Shown here in pieces: positions 37,963 through 52,030 of a DNA stretch of 64,000 nt; the stretch's first letter is position 1, and the number at the start of each line of letters is the position of its first letter. The stretch is from Toensbergia leucococca (taxonomy: Eukaryota), in assembly GCA_022813965.1 (NCBI GenBank), contig JALDZS010000058.1, positions 1 to 64,000 of the forward strand, in the 5' to 3' direction. Made by a program: the position numbers and the translations under genes. Below the pieces are notes generated by a model that was given only the letters and a program-made list of their open reading frames with translations, was not told the origin of the DNA and searched no databases.

Positions 37963-40323
37963 CTACTTCATTGACTCTTCTAAAAGTCTGCCAGGAATTA
38001 GAGAGACGAAACGGGTATATGAGGTACGACTCCTTGAAGTATGATAGAGCTTTTGAGCCCTCTCAAGTGTGCACCGCGTACAAGCATTCCTTTGTAGAAT
38101 TGTGACACAGCGAGCTTCATCGGTAGAATAGTATGTCGCTAACCACTGACCACAAGGATTCTGATCAACTGGGTGCAGATAGTAGGTACCGTCGACATTG
38201 CTTGAAGGCAATGTATTCATTGACAGTCTTTGGCTAAGATGTACTGAACCACCATCAAGTTTTAAATCAGGCTCCACGGTACGAATCTCGTTGTAATATT
38301 GATGGGGACACTCCTTTGTCACCAACAGACCTAACATCCCGTCTGAGATGGAGTACAGAGGAATGGTATCACAGAGTTGTTCATCAATGAAAACATCTCT
38401 AGAAACCCAAACTTTGTCGCCTGAGGACATCACATGAGATGAGAATTGAAGGGTGGGAAACAGGTCTTTTGGCTTATAAGAACTTCCTAGAGGAAGATCG
38501 GGATACCTGAGAGAGGACTTTGACCCTTTCCGGCTTTCAAGCTGCCTCCGTCTTTCTCCATTCACAGCAATAGCTCCAGGCATCAAAAAAATGAAACAAG
38601 CCTCCATGTCCAGCTCTTCTTGCATGACAAACTTTTTCGCCACGATGACACCTCTGCCATCAATTGCCAGCATGAGGTGATTAACATAATCGTTGTGTCG
38701 CGGTATAGGGTTGGTGCTACAGACGTCTACAGCCATCATGACCATGTCACTGACGCTAATGACATTATTATGAGGTCCCGAGCAAATTTTACCATTCATG
38801 AAGTTTGCCATGAATTCCGTCATTGAGTGGTCCCTGGTTAGAGGCTTTGCTGACCAACCGAATTCTAGGAAAGAAACGGAAATGGAGTAGAGCTCTTCAC
38901 TCCAGTTGGTGAAAGCGAGCAATGAGGCCGCCTCGGCAAGTCTTTGAACGATGGCCATCGAGAAAATCTTATTATCGTAAAGATGGAATGTCCCTTGCGT
39001 GTTGAGCGTTGTGGGCGGTAGATTGTCGCCAGGAACAGGTGCTACTACGAAGAATCCTCGATGTTCGTCACGCTGTGCAGCTACCTGACTTGACTCGATG
39101 GAGGTCATGTATTTTCGCCATATACAACATTCATATGTCTCCGGTGCGAGCCCATCGAAACCGAACAGTCCCAGAATCCTCTGCGCTCTTCGCCGTATTG
39201 CAGGAAGACAGTATACGGAGTACCTGACAAGCTTATTGGACGTCAAGTCTGAGTCGAGGTGATCATAGTCATTGCGAATGTTCCACGAAGAAATTGAATT
39301 CGCCAAAACCTCTGTAAAATTATGTACTAATGATCTCACGTATATAGAAGCATATCGCCTCATGGATTTCTCGGGTGGCAATATCAGATTTGTCAGGTTT
39401 GTCGATTCAGTGTCGATGGTCCACCCAGTTTCACCGGGAGGGGGGCTTTCCCGCACAAAAAACTCCTCTATTCTCCCTTCAAGTTGAAGTTCGCAATGAA
39501 CGTCTCTCTCAAAGATGTAGAAAAGGACTCTAGCAGTCTTGTAATCTCCACTCAAAGGGACTGAATCTAATGTCGTTCGAAGCACACAAACGGAAAGCGC
39601 CAGCAGACGACTAGCATAAGTTGCCAGCCAAGCTGCTCCTGGAAATCCATGGTAAACAAGTCTTGATTTAAAGTCTCGGTGAGTCAATTTGAATAGAAGT
39701 TATATCATTTAAACTGCAGTTTCATCGCTGGGGATACTCTCACACGCTTCGCCTGAAGTAGGAGATAAGAACGGCCCGCTTTGTAGTAGAATTCCCTTCA
39801 ACCACGTATGAAGTTGGAAGACTTTGTCCTTGAAATCAGTCTTGCGTGCTAGAGGTTCGAGCGAGTTGCGAATCGATCGAAGCTGGCCATATCCAGGGGT
39901 CTGATCAAGAGAGATATTCATAGCTTCGAACAGCTTCAAAAGCAGGCGGTCGCAAGAGCCCTCGGACATCACGGGGAGAATTGCAGACATCAAAGCGACG
40001 ACGTTTACTCCGGCTCTCGTCTTGAGAAGCTCATCGGCCACAAAATTAGTGGCTGCGCCAAATTCGACGACTTTATAGAGCCAGATGGATTGTCGTCGCT
40101 GTTTCTGACGGCAAGTACTGATTTCCTTTCGATATGCGTTGGAAGCAGGACACACCTCGGCGATCATTAGCATGCATCCGATTGTGTGGACGTCAACGCC
40201 AGCAGTAGCTAGCTGTTTGAGGCCGGAGGCGCCCAAGTTCATGATCAGGGAGGCCTAGCCGGGCATGTCGACTTGCCATGCCAACCCTCCACCCCCAGAT
40301 GAAACGGCCATGTTTGAGCTCAT
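37963..40323 (-). pseudogene. Uncharacterised fungal protein (~786 codons) with three in-frame stops
   Basis: One frame from ATG 40323 (MSSNMAVSSGGGGLAWQVDMPG*). TAG at 40255-40257 and TAA at 39709-39711 and 39700-39702 link the two listed ORFs. Confidence 0.75.
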
Positions 40324-41214
40324 GGTTACGTTCTCGACCATGGAATTGGTGATCAAAGACCAGACAGTAAAATTGGTATGGAGTACGTTCGAGATAACTT
40401 GGGGCGGGCGGCAAAGCGAGGCTGGACACTTGGCAGGCAGGAATCAGCGCCAACGACGCCTCCTGCTTCTGTCATGATAACCGGAACAAGTAGGTACTGA
40501 CTTTCAACTGAAAGCCTAATGAAGATGAAGTATTCAAATGATGATCTATAGGTAGATTTGATAAGCTGAAGCACAGGTGCGAGTGGTGCTTTAATTTGGA
40601 ATAGAATCCTTGTACGGATATAGAATACATGTACTCTATAGGTTACAAGTGTATAATATACCGATACTCTAGAATAACGTCAAATTTGGCGGCGAAGGAT
40701 TATCAATTCTCCATAACATACCAGTGGATTTCCCCTCCCCCGGCGAAACCTCCCGCAATGGCTTCATCAGGCTGATACAACGAAACCATACGACTATCCA
40801 GCGCATAGCCTATCATGACTATTTGGCAAACACTACCTGAAGAAAGACCTGAAAGCGCTTCCAGCACCGACACTAAGCCGGCACTCCGGGACATGGCTAT
40901 CAATCATCTTGGAGGTATGCTCGAAAGGGTAACTCCGAGGATGAGTGCCAGCAAACACCCGCCTGGCAGACTGAGTACCTTACTATGAGAGTGCTTCGTC
41001 CGAAAAACGTGCTTGCAACCGGAGCCATCAGATGTACCAAGCAGGTAGAATGCATTCGTGCTCTTCTGATGATGGCTTCAACATACGAGAGCCAAGAATA
41101 CATACTGTGACCCGTCCCCCTCTTCCCTCCTCCGTCATGATTGAGAATCCTGGCATCAACTACTTGTAGCTCAGGTACTCACTCTTATCATTCTCTCTCT
41201 TGAGAACTTGAGCA

Positions 41215-42297
41215 ATGTACTGGGTCTACATTCTCGCTCTGGCCTCATTCTGGCTTCCTTCTTATGCCAACCCTATCCTCAAAAGATCGGTCAACGGCCC
41301 AGTGATCACCGCCAACTTCCCAGACCCGGCCATCATCCAGGTTGGCAGCATCTACTATGCATTTGCGACTGGCAACGGCGTCTACAACGTTCAAATTGCC
41401 ACGTCTCCCGACTTCTCTACTTGGACTGTCCTTCGCAAAGACGCCCTGCCTACCGTTGGCGCATGGAGCAACGGAGCGAATGTGTGGGCTCATGATGTGA
41501 TCCAAGTTGTGAGTATTTCAAGCCCTTGAATTCATCACGATGAAGCACTAATTTGAGAAAAGGGTAGTCAATTCGTTCTCTACTACGCCGCTACAACTTC
41601 TGATGGTTCAACCCATTGTATTGGTGCTGCCACCTCTTCCAGCGTCGAAGGACCATACAGTGCCTCTGCCCACACTATCGCTTGCCCCAAAAGGTTCGCT
41701 TTCCTCTCTAGTCTCATCTAGGATACACTTCATACTAAAACTTTTCCCTCTAGCCAGGGTGGTGCCATTGACCCTGCTGGCTTCTCCGACAACGGTGCTC
41801 TTTACGTCCTCTATAAAATCGACGGCAACAGTATAGGCCACGGCGGCAACTGCAACAACGGCGTCTCTCCCATCGTATCCACACCTATTATGCTGCAGCG
41901 CATGGAGTCCACGGGCGTCAAGCCCACCTCGGCGTCCCCAGTCCAGCTCATCACCAACGGGCCCGCGGACGGCCCTCTCGTGGAAGCCCCCAGCTTAGTC
42001 AATGTTGCGGGAACCTACATACTCTTCTTCTCTTCCAACTGCTATAGTGGCCAGTACTACGATGTCTCGTACGCGACTGCCTCAAGCGTTGCAGGGCCGT
42101 ACACCAAGGCGAGTGCACCAAATGCGCCTTTGTTGCAGACGGGTTCGGAAAACGGGGTGCTATACTCGCCTGGTGGAGCGGACGTATTGGTAGACGGGAG
42201 TAGGATAGTCTTCCATGCGGATTTGGGGACGAATGCCAATACGAGGCAGATGTGGACGGGAGCTATCAAGGTCAGTGGCACTGTTGTTAGCATTTGA
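41215..42297 (+). CDS. Secreted GH43 glycoside hydrolase, 3 exons
   Basis: Signal peptide, NFPDPAII, VWAHDV, GGAIDPAGF, PLVEAPSLV, YILFFSSNCY, SPGG. Confidence 0.92.
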
Positions 42298-43095
42298 AGC
42301 CGGAAGCATTGGTGGGGATGTTGCTGTCGCTGCACTTGCATTGCTATCAGCGGTCACATAACCCAACAGATATCACACCAACAATCCCGTGATGTTGACG
42401 CCGAGCTTGGCAAGCAGGAATTGAAATTGGAAAAAAAAAGAATTGTATTCCGACAAATGATATTTTGATTTACGAGGATAACCTCATTATTCAGTGGCTT
42501 TCTCTAGCTGAATGGCAGGAGCCTCGACCCAGACCTCCAGCTCTCTCAACGACACGACACCACGACTTTACGGTCACGTCAGGCCTTCGGCATCTACTTC
42601 TTTCAATAGTACCTCTGTCGTTACCCTAAGGCGAGTAGATAAGGAGGTAGGTGAAGAGGTTGGTAGGGACCTTGACAGTGACTTCAATGTGATGAACCTC
42701 TACCATAATCTTCCACCTGAAATGACCGAAATATATCAGCTCAATATACTTATACCGTTGTAAATTCAATCAAAAAAACGCTCCAGATACAGACAACAGG
42801 TTAAGCACTTTGGCTGCTCTCTACACCGGCGCTAGTAAATATATAAATAGCTCATCTGAGAGTCTCTGAGTTCCCTTAGTGTTGAGAATGCTCCAATGCT
42901 TCGCAGACAGATCTCCGATAACAACTTCACCTTGAATAGAGTGCGAATTAGTATCGGCGCTTGCTCCTCACCTCCCACTTACTTCGTACAACATCGGGCT
43001 GTCCTTCATTTAATTGCTTGGATAGCTAGAAGTTGGAACCGTTCGTGATACAGCTGCTCCGCACGGCAAACCCCCGCGCTTGCTAAATTATATTA

Positions 43096-45186
43096 TGGCC
43101 ATGGTGTCAAGTCATGCTCCGCTTGTTGAGGACACAATCGAATTGATTGAACTACCTGCAGTCCAGCTACCTCCTACTGAGGCCACTTCCAGAAGAAGTA
43201 CCGAGCGAAATGGATTTGAGACAGTGCCACAAGTTGCGTCTGAGCATGTTCAGCGACGGAGCACATTCAGGACGTTGACGGTCATGATCGCTCTGTTTGT
43301 GAGTGTTTACTTCATTTGCCAATGGATACCGCGCCGTCTTCTCTCGTGTGCTCTTCTCTTTCTTTTGGACTATCCCGGGTCAGTACCATAGGTGGCAAAA
43401 GCCGGCTGATTGCTTCCGGAAGGCATGCTTCACTCAAGAGACTGACTGTTAAATGCTAATCCAAGTGCTGACTCTGTGACTGACCAGTCCACTCTCTTCA
43501 TCGCTGCTCTGAACACCACCATCGTAGCCACTGCAGTACCGACGATATGCTCTGATCTCCATTCAGCATCCGGCTACTCCTGGATCGGCGCCTCTTATGT
43601 CATTGCCACGACTGCTGTCGTCCCTATCTGGGCAAAGCTCTCAGACATATGGGGCCGGAAGCCAATCCTGCTGATGGCCGTTGCTCTGTACTTTGCTAGT
43701 TCCATCATATGCGCCGTCTCAAGCAGCATGGGTATGCTCATCGCGAGTCGTACACTCCAGGGCATATCTGGCGGCGGTTTGAATGCACTTGTCAACATAG
43801 TCATTTCGGATCTATTCAGTATGAGGTTTGCGTCATATACCTGTGCGATGATTTCGCATCGTTGACACTTCTCACAGAACTCGACCTCTCTTTCTCGGCC
43901 TTCTTCAAGTAACCTGGGCTATTGCCGGGGGGCTTGGACCAGTGCTCGGCGGTGCCTTCACGCAGCTTTTGTCGTGGAGATGGATTTTCTGGATCAACCT
44001 CCCAATTTCTGGGGTAGCCTTCTGCTTTCTACTCCTTTTCCTAGACGTGCATAATCCGAAGACCAAATTCACCGAAGGTATTAAAGCCATTGACTGGGCT
44101 GGGAGTGTGTCTATGGTAGGCCTCATGGTTATGGTGCTACTTGGTCTTAACTTCGGAGGTACAGTGTATCCCTGGGACTCTCCAAAGGTCATCTGCCTCG
44201 TCGTGGTTGGTGCTTTGATGGCTATGTTGTTTCTCTTCATTGAAAGTCGATTCGCAAGCTATCCAATAATGCCCCTTGGCCTGTTCTGCCATAAGTCCAA
44301 TGCTGCATGCCTTGCTATTGGCTTTACACATATGTTCGTATGTGTGCTTGGATTCTGTAGCCCAATGATAGCAATTGCACTGTACTAACAAATGGCGGTA
44401 TAGGTGGTCAATGCTACAGAGTACTACCTCCCGCTCTATTTTCAATCCGCAAAAGATGCTTCTCCACTCCATTCTGGAGTCCTCCTCCTTCCACTAATGG
44501 TCACCGAAGCACTCATGGCCGTCGCTGCGGGTATCTTCATTCACCAAATCGGTCGATATATCGAGCTCATCTGGGTGGGCGTGACTTTGCTCACCATTGG
44601 TAGTGGACTATACATTCATCTCAACGCGACGTCATCCATAGGTTCAATTATCACCTTCGAAGTCGTCGCCGGGCTGGGAGGAGGTCTTCTCTTCGACCCT
44701 CCTCTCATTGCCCTTCAAGCTCTCGTATCTCAAGACGACACCGCAACAGCCACGGCTACTCTTGGCTTTATGCGCAGCGTTGGTGTATCTCTTTCGATTG
44801 TCAGCGGCGGTATCATCTTCCAGAACGGAATGCAACTTCAAAGGTCGAAATTACAAGACCACGGACTGCCGATGGACCTGGTTAAGAACCTCTCCGGAGC
44901 TGATGCTGCGACTAACATCAATCTCATTGGCACAATCTCCAATCAGACTCAGAAATTAGCAGTCCAGCAGGCCTTTGCGTGGAGCTTGAGGAATTTTTGG
45001 ATCATGTGCACTTGCGTGGCAGCATGTGGTCTTCTTGCCGGTGGGCTTATTACGAAGAAAGAGCTAGCCAAAGACCACACCGAGACTCTGACGGGGATTA
45101 AAAAGAAGAAAGAGACCGATGCCATTATGCACAATAGTCAAGAAGCTGCACTCACTGCTGTGAACAGGGAAGGAGTCTTTGCTTGA
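43096..45186 (+). CDS. MFS transporter, DHA2 (14-TM) efflux type, multi-exon
   Basis: LFIAALNTTIVATAVPTI, KLSDIWGRKPIL, WRWIFWINLPI, YYLPLYFQ. Confidence 0.92.
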
Positions 45187-45308
45187 AGACTTGATAATAA
45201 GTAATAGCCCCATGAGCGGTGCTCAGAAAAGCTAGATAACGCAGAGAAAATGTAATTTTGCGAAGTGAAACACTCATTATAAAACAAAAGGGTCTTGCTA
45301 TTGTGACA

Positions 45309-45916
45309 CCCCTTTTTGCTACATCAACACCCCCCCCCTTCAATACCCGATTAGGCATTAGTGAGGCCCCGGGCTCGATATCACTGAGGGAAATGTTATC
45401 ATTCTGCACCACATTTTACCTCGATCCTCTACCACTTCGCAAGCCAAATGCCTGTTCCAATTGCGTGCCATCTAGAAGTCAAACTACTCAGGAGAAAATC
45501 AATGCTTTCATATCACATTCTGACTTGATTTTCTCACTCTCAGACACAAAAAACCATGATTTTATCTACCTCCTTTAAAAATCATGAAACACTCTATTAT
45601 TCACAGAAACTTCATCTCTCTCTCTCTCTCTATTTTCTCACCCTTCTCAATGAGATGAGTCAGAACAAGGTGTGAATTTGAGTCAAAATGAGGTAAAAAA
45701 TTGAGTCAAGATAAGGTAGAGAAGTGTAAAGATTCTTTAAATAATTTGACTTCTAGATGACACACAAAGAAAACAGATAATCGACTTGCAAAGTGATAGA
45801 GATATAAGATGAAATTTGATGCAGAATGATAAGATTTCTCTCAATAAACTTGCACTCAGAGTCTCACTAGTGTTTAATCAGATATAATAAGAGGGGGTTG
45901 ATGTAGCAAAAAGGGT
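45309..45916. mobile_element. Non-autonomous element with ~190-bp imperfect TIRs
   Basis: CCCTTTTTGCTACATCAAC at left, GTTGATGTAGCAAAAAGGG at right; similarity extends inward to CATCTAGAAGTCAAA / TTTGACTTCTAGATG. Confidence 0.7.
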
Positions 45917-46580
45917 AAAAGAAACAGAAACGTGATTCAAGTAGACTCAACCTTCAAATCACATTTATAAAACATTTTAAACTCAATTTATGTGACTTCA
46001 GAAATTCAAGTTTCAGTGATCTCTTATGTTAATAGCATAAAGAACTATTTTAGACATCAGTGATTGAATAAAAACAAGAATATAAATTCAACTTTAAAAA
46101 ATGTTGCTTTAATCAAACTCTAACTCTGTTCTCTGATTGAAATGAGATTAAATGTAATAAATAAAGATGAAATCACATTAGATTTAAAAAAGGACAGAGT
46201 ACTAAAAACCTCGACTCTAAGTAAAAATTATCAATTTCTTCAGTCTAAAACATCACACTATAAACACAAAGACATGAACAAAAACATTCATAGACAGTAG
46301 AAAAAATGCACAGAACTTTAACAATCATAAAAACAGGTATGAAATATTCTAATACATCATAGACACACATTATTTAGAATGTCTAATACACATGAAAGAA
46401 CTGCTGCAGTTAATCTCAGTCACAAATATACTAAGAGGGATATACTCAAGCATATACCCATCCCGTTTCTCTTTAAAGTAAACTCATGACAATCTGATGA
46501 ACCAAGAGACACCCTCAAAATAAAAGTGCGTCTTCAGATCCCTCACCAATCCAAGACACCTTCAACCGCCAGCCCAGTAC

Positions 46581-49007
46581 TCAAACAACAACCATCGCTT
46601 TCCGTTTCAACAACTCCCATTCCCCCTTCACCACCTCAACATAATCAACTCCAAAATTCAAAATCTCACTCAAGCCACTCAGGAGTCCCGGTGAAGTAGA
46701 TGATTCCATGACCGAATCTTCAAACCTGAGTGTTGCATTTCTCGTTCCATATCGTCTCTCAGCTGTAGATTTAGCGCTAGCAAAGCCTTGCGTGTGGGCA
46801 TTATCTGGGAAGCGGATCTTGTATGCTACGTCTGGCGTTGGTGGCGATAGGGAGGGGATGTATTTGTATGTCAAGACCGGGTTTCCGTTGTCAGGTTGTG
46901 GATCTTCCGTCTCGTTGAGGTCATGGACTGAGAAGGTTATGATGGCTTGATCATGATAGATGGCTTTGACGACTATATGATCGGTTGCAATTTGCGTTTC
47001 AAATTTGCAGAGAACGGTCGGGATACCATAGAGTTCACGATCGGATATCAAGGTTTCGTGGTCGTCGGAGAGAACCAGCGCGAGATAGTCACCTGTATGG
47101 ATCTCGCCGGTTTTGGCAGTGTATTTGACGCCGTTCAAGGAAAGATGGAGGCGGTTCTTTTGCTGGCCGGCTATGGTGTAAGAGGTGAATGTAAGGCGAA
47201 CATGGGCGATGGTGTCTGGTAGCTTGAAGGTGAAAGAGGACGAGGGAAACAGGTTCTCAAGGTATGTGCGGGATGATCTAAAGGCTATTGTTGCAGAGAT
47301 GAATTCTTGACCCCTGAGATCCGGGCACGAAGAAGGTAATTCCCGCATTGAATGGGCCGTAATTGCAAGTGGCATGATTTTAGGTCTAGTGGGAGTTTGA
47401 GCTTCAATCCATTCCCGGTACATTTTAGAAGAGTGGAAAAATTCATCATGCCCATAGCCATAAGCTGTGTGTATTGGGTCTGTCAACATGTCAGAAGGAG
47501 ATCAGCAAGAAATCAGAGTAGAACGAACTAATTGGAGGGCCTCCACGTTCTCTAGATCGGCAGGCTTCCCTTGTGTATTCTTGCAAATTGTTGGCTCTTT
47601 CCATACGGCAGTCCTGATAGAGCTTAAGACGTGCGGGTATTTCCTGGACTCTCGTACCCTTTGGAAGTACAACGGCTAACGAGACTGCGTCTTCAATGGC
47701 GCAACCACCTCCTTGTCCCAAGTCTAGATTCTGTTAGAATTGAGGTAAACCATCAGGATAAAGTGCTTACAGGGAAGAAACGGATGCGCGGCATCTCCCA
47801 ACAAAGTGGTGGATCCTCTGATCCATGACTGGAGAACCTCCATGTCCATGAGCTTCCATATCTTGAGTGAAAGCGGGTCAACTTTGCTCAGGAGGGCCTT
47901 GACTTCGGCACCGAAGCCATCAAAAATTTGGAGCAGCTTCTCTTTATCTCCTCGCTGACCCCAACCTAGCTAGAGTCAGTAGTCTTCATGAGAACTTCTG
48001 GATGTACGTCACCCTCTGTGAGATTCTGGGTATCAGGATGGATGGCGAGGAAGTTGAATTCGGTGTTATCTCTACAAGGATACATTACGAGAGTCTTCGG
48101 GCCATCTATCATTAATGTCATATTTCCTTTTCTTTCTGCATAATTTGCCGTTGCAGGGTCATCTTCCAAGGTTTTCCTAGGTATCAACCACCTAAAGGCA
48201 CTCCTTCCTGAGGGAACAGGCTTAACAGGTCTACCCGCCACAGATTCCCGCACAATTGACTTCACATTGTTTAGTCTTTGAATTCATATATCAGTAGGCA
48301 TGAGTACTCACATTGACGCCATCAGCTCCAATGATAACGTCCCCTGCAATTGACTCTCCATTTTTGAGCTGCACTGTCGCATACTCGCAGTCGACTCTGA
48401 CGACTTCTGATTGAGTGCGAAGATGGGCTGGGGGACCTTTGCTATGTCCGCTTGATTCTGTAGCTTTGTACTTTAGAGTGTTGTGAAGATCAACTCGGTG
48501 AGCTAGCAGCCAGGCCTTCAATTTCTCGGTCAAACTCGTAAAGTAGCTTTTCCAAGAACTTACTCACATGCTCCCATCTGGCTCGATTGATTTCCCCAAC
48601 GTGAATTGGGGGCATTTTAAGTTCACCATTGCTTAGGTAGTGAGAGAACTATTTGGTATCAGCGATGCAGCTCTGGCTTCTTCAATATGAGGATTGCGTG
48701 TATACCCATTCAGCCTCGCATGCGCCTACTTCATTATCGGTATCGATGCCTAACCTCTTCAGGAGTCCATTTGCGTTGGGGGCGAGATGTATGGCGGCTC
48801 CTAATTCTCGGGCCAATTCTGAGCGCTCGAGTAGCTTGATTGACATTTCATGAGTGCAAGAAGCAGGCCCCAAAGTTGCAGACATACCGTGACATTATGT
48901 CCTTGTTGGCGTAAAGCAAGGGCCGCAGTACAGCCACCGATACCTGCACCAACAATCACAACGTGGAGTGGTCGAGGTGCAGATTCAACGCCGTTCGTTT
49001 CAGGCAT
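46581..49007 (-). CDS. FAD-dependent monooxygenase (salicylate hydroxylase-like) with C-terminal acetoacetate-decarboxylase-like domain, multi-exon
   Basis: VVIVGAGIGG, HRVDLH, IIGADGV, LLGDAAHPFLP, GQGGGCAIEDA; last exon FRSSRTYLENLFP...RELYGIP. Confidence 0.85.
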
Positions 49008-49500
49008 GCTTGCATCACTTTCTAGTGAGTGATGGATGATAGTGGAGGTTGTGGGTCAATCCTTATGGAGAAGAAAGGAGAAAGGGTTATATATATCATG
49101 AATCGCTCATGCTGTAAGCTCGTGCTCGGTGCCCGAGGCATGCAGCATCCATCCATCCATTGCAGATATCTGATATACTGCAATCAGCTCTTCAATGGTT
49201 ATCTCTCCCCGCATAAGTGGCCAAGAGATTCGTGAAGGCCCAAGCCGAGAGAAGCCGGTTTGATTGCTCGCTCTTGATTGATATCGATAAACAATCATGT
49301 TGGTTTGCTGTCAGATGGATATCTTAGTAATGCAGTTCTCCGACCCCACCTCCGTCTGCATTTATTCTGGTGCCTGTAATCCTAGAGAATCAGCAAGAGA
49401 GCATAGCTTGAGAAGCGTCAATAGTAAAACATCTTCATTCATCACCATCTCCGTTTGATCAACAAGAAAATCATCGTCTTCCTTCCCTAGCAAGCTGAAC

Positions 49501-50656
49501 ATGGGTAGCCTTCCTATTGCTGTCAACACCCCCGTCATTGACATATCAGGCTATCTGGCCGGCGTCCCTCAAGCCAGGGACTACGTCGTCAAGAGATTCC
49601 GGGACGCTTGCGAGAACCAAGGATTCCTTCAAGTCATCGGTCACGCCGTGCCCACCGACCTCCAAACACGCTACTTTGCCGCCCTAGCGGATTTCTTCTC
49701 TCTACCCGTCGCACAAAAAAAAGCAATCGCTCAAGCCAAGTCCCCCTGCAACAGAGGTTGGGAGCACATTGGAGCCCAAAAGCTCGAGCAGATAGACCAG
49801 CACGCAACCGCCGATCAAAAAGAAAGCTTCTCCATCCACCAAGAACGGCCCCTCGGACGATTCCTTCAAGGCCCAAACCAGTGGCCTGACAATCTTCCAA
49901 ACTTCAAGGAAGTCTATCTGGAATATTTCGCCGCGGTGCATGACCTTTCCAAAAGCCTTTTTGGCCTCATGGCACTCTCGCTAGACCTTCCCGAAGACTA
50001 CTTTGCTGATTTCGCGTCCGATCCTGACGGTACTTGTGCAACACCTTCGGCCGAGAGTCAAGAGTTGATTACACCATAGGAACTTGCCTCTGCAGGGCAC
50101 ACCGCTATCCCCCAACTCCACCTGACCTAGAGAACAGGACCAGAGGCGTGGGCGCTCATACGGATTTTGGAGCCATGACTTTGCTTCTACAGGACACTGG
50201 TCTGTCAGTCTGAGCTGAGACTCAGAGGTTATCATGACTAAAACATGCTACAGTCGGCGGTCTAGAAGTTCTGCACAATCCGACCAATACTTGGCATGCC
50301 GTCACACCTATCAAAGGAGCCTATGTGATCAACATCGGAGATATGATGCGTAAGCAGCGCCAACGAGGAAGACGATCAAAAAGAAAAAAAAAGGACTAAT
50401 CCTTTTCTAATCAGAGCGCTGGACAAACGACCGTTACAAATCAACCATGCACAGAGTCATCAGCCCCGCCACCCACAAAGACAGATATAGCTGTGCCTTT
50501 TTCAACAACGGCGTTCTTGACAAGATCATCGAGTGCATTCCAACGTGTCTGGAGCCTGGCGAAAAGCCACATTATGAACCAGTCAGAGTTGAGGATCATT
50601 TGAAGAGTCGATATTTGCAGAGCTACAGCGCAGGAGGGACCAAGCTGAAGGTTTAG
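49501..50656 (+). CDS. 2-oxoglutarate/Fe(II) dioxygenase (IPNS-like), multi-exon
   Basis: PVIDIS, GFLQVIGHAVP, GPNQWP, GVGAHTDFGAMTLLLQD, STMHRV, RYSCAFF. Confidence 0.92.
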
Positions 50657-51190
50657 ACAAGACATGGTATATGAGAGAATGCTCCACAATTTCTTCAGTG
50701 CCAAGTTCCCAATAACTTTATTCGTTCCTATTCTGTATTCTTGTTGCTCTGGAAGATAGCCTGGTCGAGGACTAGTTCAACGTCATGCTTGTAGAGGACA
50801 GGTAAGGATTATTTGAAAGGGATTCTCATGACCCGTTTGGGAAAGAATGAACTTTTGTGACTGGTTTTGGTAAAGTGGGGCAGGAGGGGGGACTCTTTTT
50901 GATGGCATTTGATAAGATCATAAACAACACGTGGGATATTGAGATTCTAGTCGTTTTGCTGACTAAATCCACTGCAACGTGTTGATTTTGAACGTGGACG
51001 TGCTTGCCGCCGGAAGTAGGAGGAAGAATACTCCAAGCTTGACGTGAGGGTTGGTATAGTACCTTTGAGATGAGACCGTAGATGTTTAGGTATGGTCCTG
51101 ATAAGTCTTGAGAATTCGGTATGGGAGGTCAGCTCGGACGACGGCTAGATGCCACAGCAAACGCCTGTTCTTGATCCCACAGCTCATCCA

Positions 51191-52030
51191 TCATCTCGCC
51201 CCCACCCTTCCCTGACTCGGCCAAAGCCCCATCTCTACCCAAAAAGCTCGACTATCCAGCACCCGCCCCAAGTTCTCGGGCCCCCTCGGCAAAGCTCTGA
51301 CACCCTCCTCCTCCATAACCTCCAACACCCACTTCCCATACTCCAACTTCCCCGCAGCCTCCAACCCCAGCGCATCCTTCGCCCGTACTTGCGCCGCAGT
51401 CCCCCAGTCTTGTATCAGATCCCACCAATCATTGACTCGCAGATCGGTCAGCAGCCATCTCTTCCCGCCCGTGAAATGGCCATGTACGGCCACTATGGCC
51501 CTTGCCACATCTTGGCCGTGGATCATGTGTAGTGCTTTTTTGCCTCGGACTTCCTCTTTCGTTTTCGCGACGCGGATGACCCAGTTTTGGGGATCGCGCT
51601 CGCCGCCGTAGAGGCCGGCGAGGTTGAGTACGCAGCCGCCAAGTGACAGGAGCTCGTCTTCGGCGATGGCGCGGTCATTGGTGGTGTTGTAGGAGGAGGT
51701 GCAATCGTTCCAGTGCGGGGCGGTGAAGATGCCTGTTGATCCTAGTTGGATCCAATTGTTTGTAGGGCCGTGGACGGAGCGGTAGAGGGAGGTGAGTTGC
51801 TTAGATTGATCGGAGCCTTTTAGGGGGAAGGTGATGAGTATTGTTTTTGCCGAGGGGAGAGTCTTATAGGGGGTTGGGGATGTGTTTTCCGGGTCGTATT
51901 TGTAGGGGATGGTGTAGTTATGGCCGGTTGTTGTTGTCGCGGCGTGGGTTAGGGAGGTAGATTCGAGGAGGGAGATTAGGAAGGTGGAGATCCAGCCGGC
52001 GCCGAGGATGAGGACGTCGACGGGGTCCAT
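51191..52030 (-). CDS. NAD(P)-binding Rossmann-fold protein
   Basis: Intact 279-aa ORF: VLILGAGW, IQLGSTGIF, VLNLAGLYGGER, HMIHGQDVARAI. Confidence 0.85.
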   Translation of the reverse strand: MDPVDVLILGAGWISTFLISLLESTSLTHAATTTTGHNYTIPYKYDPENTSPTPYKTLPSAKTILITFPLKGSDQSKQLTSLYRSVHGPTNNWIQLGSTGIFTAPHWNDCTSSYNTTNDRAIAEDELLSLGGCVLNLAGLYGGERDPQNWVIRVAKTKEEVRGKKALHMIHGQDVARAIVAVHGHFTGGKRWLLTDLRVNDWWDLIQDWGTAAQVRAKDALGLEAAGKLEYGKWVLEVMEEEGVRALPRGPENLGRVLDSRAFWVEMGLWPSQGRVGAR

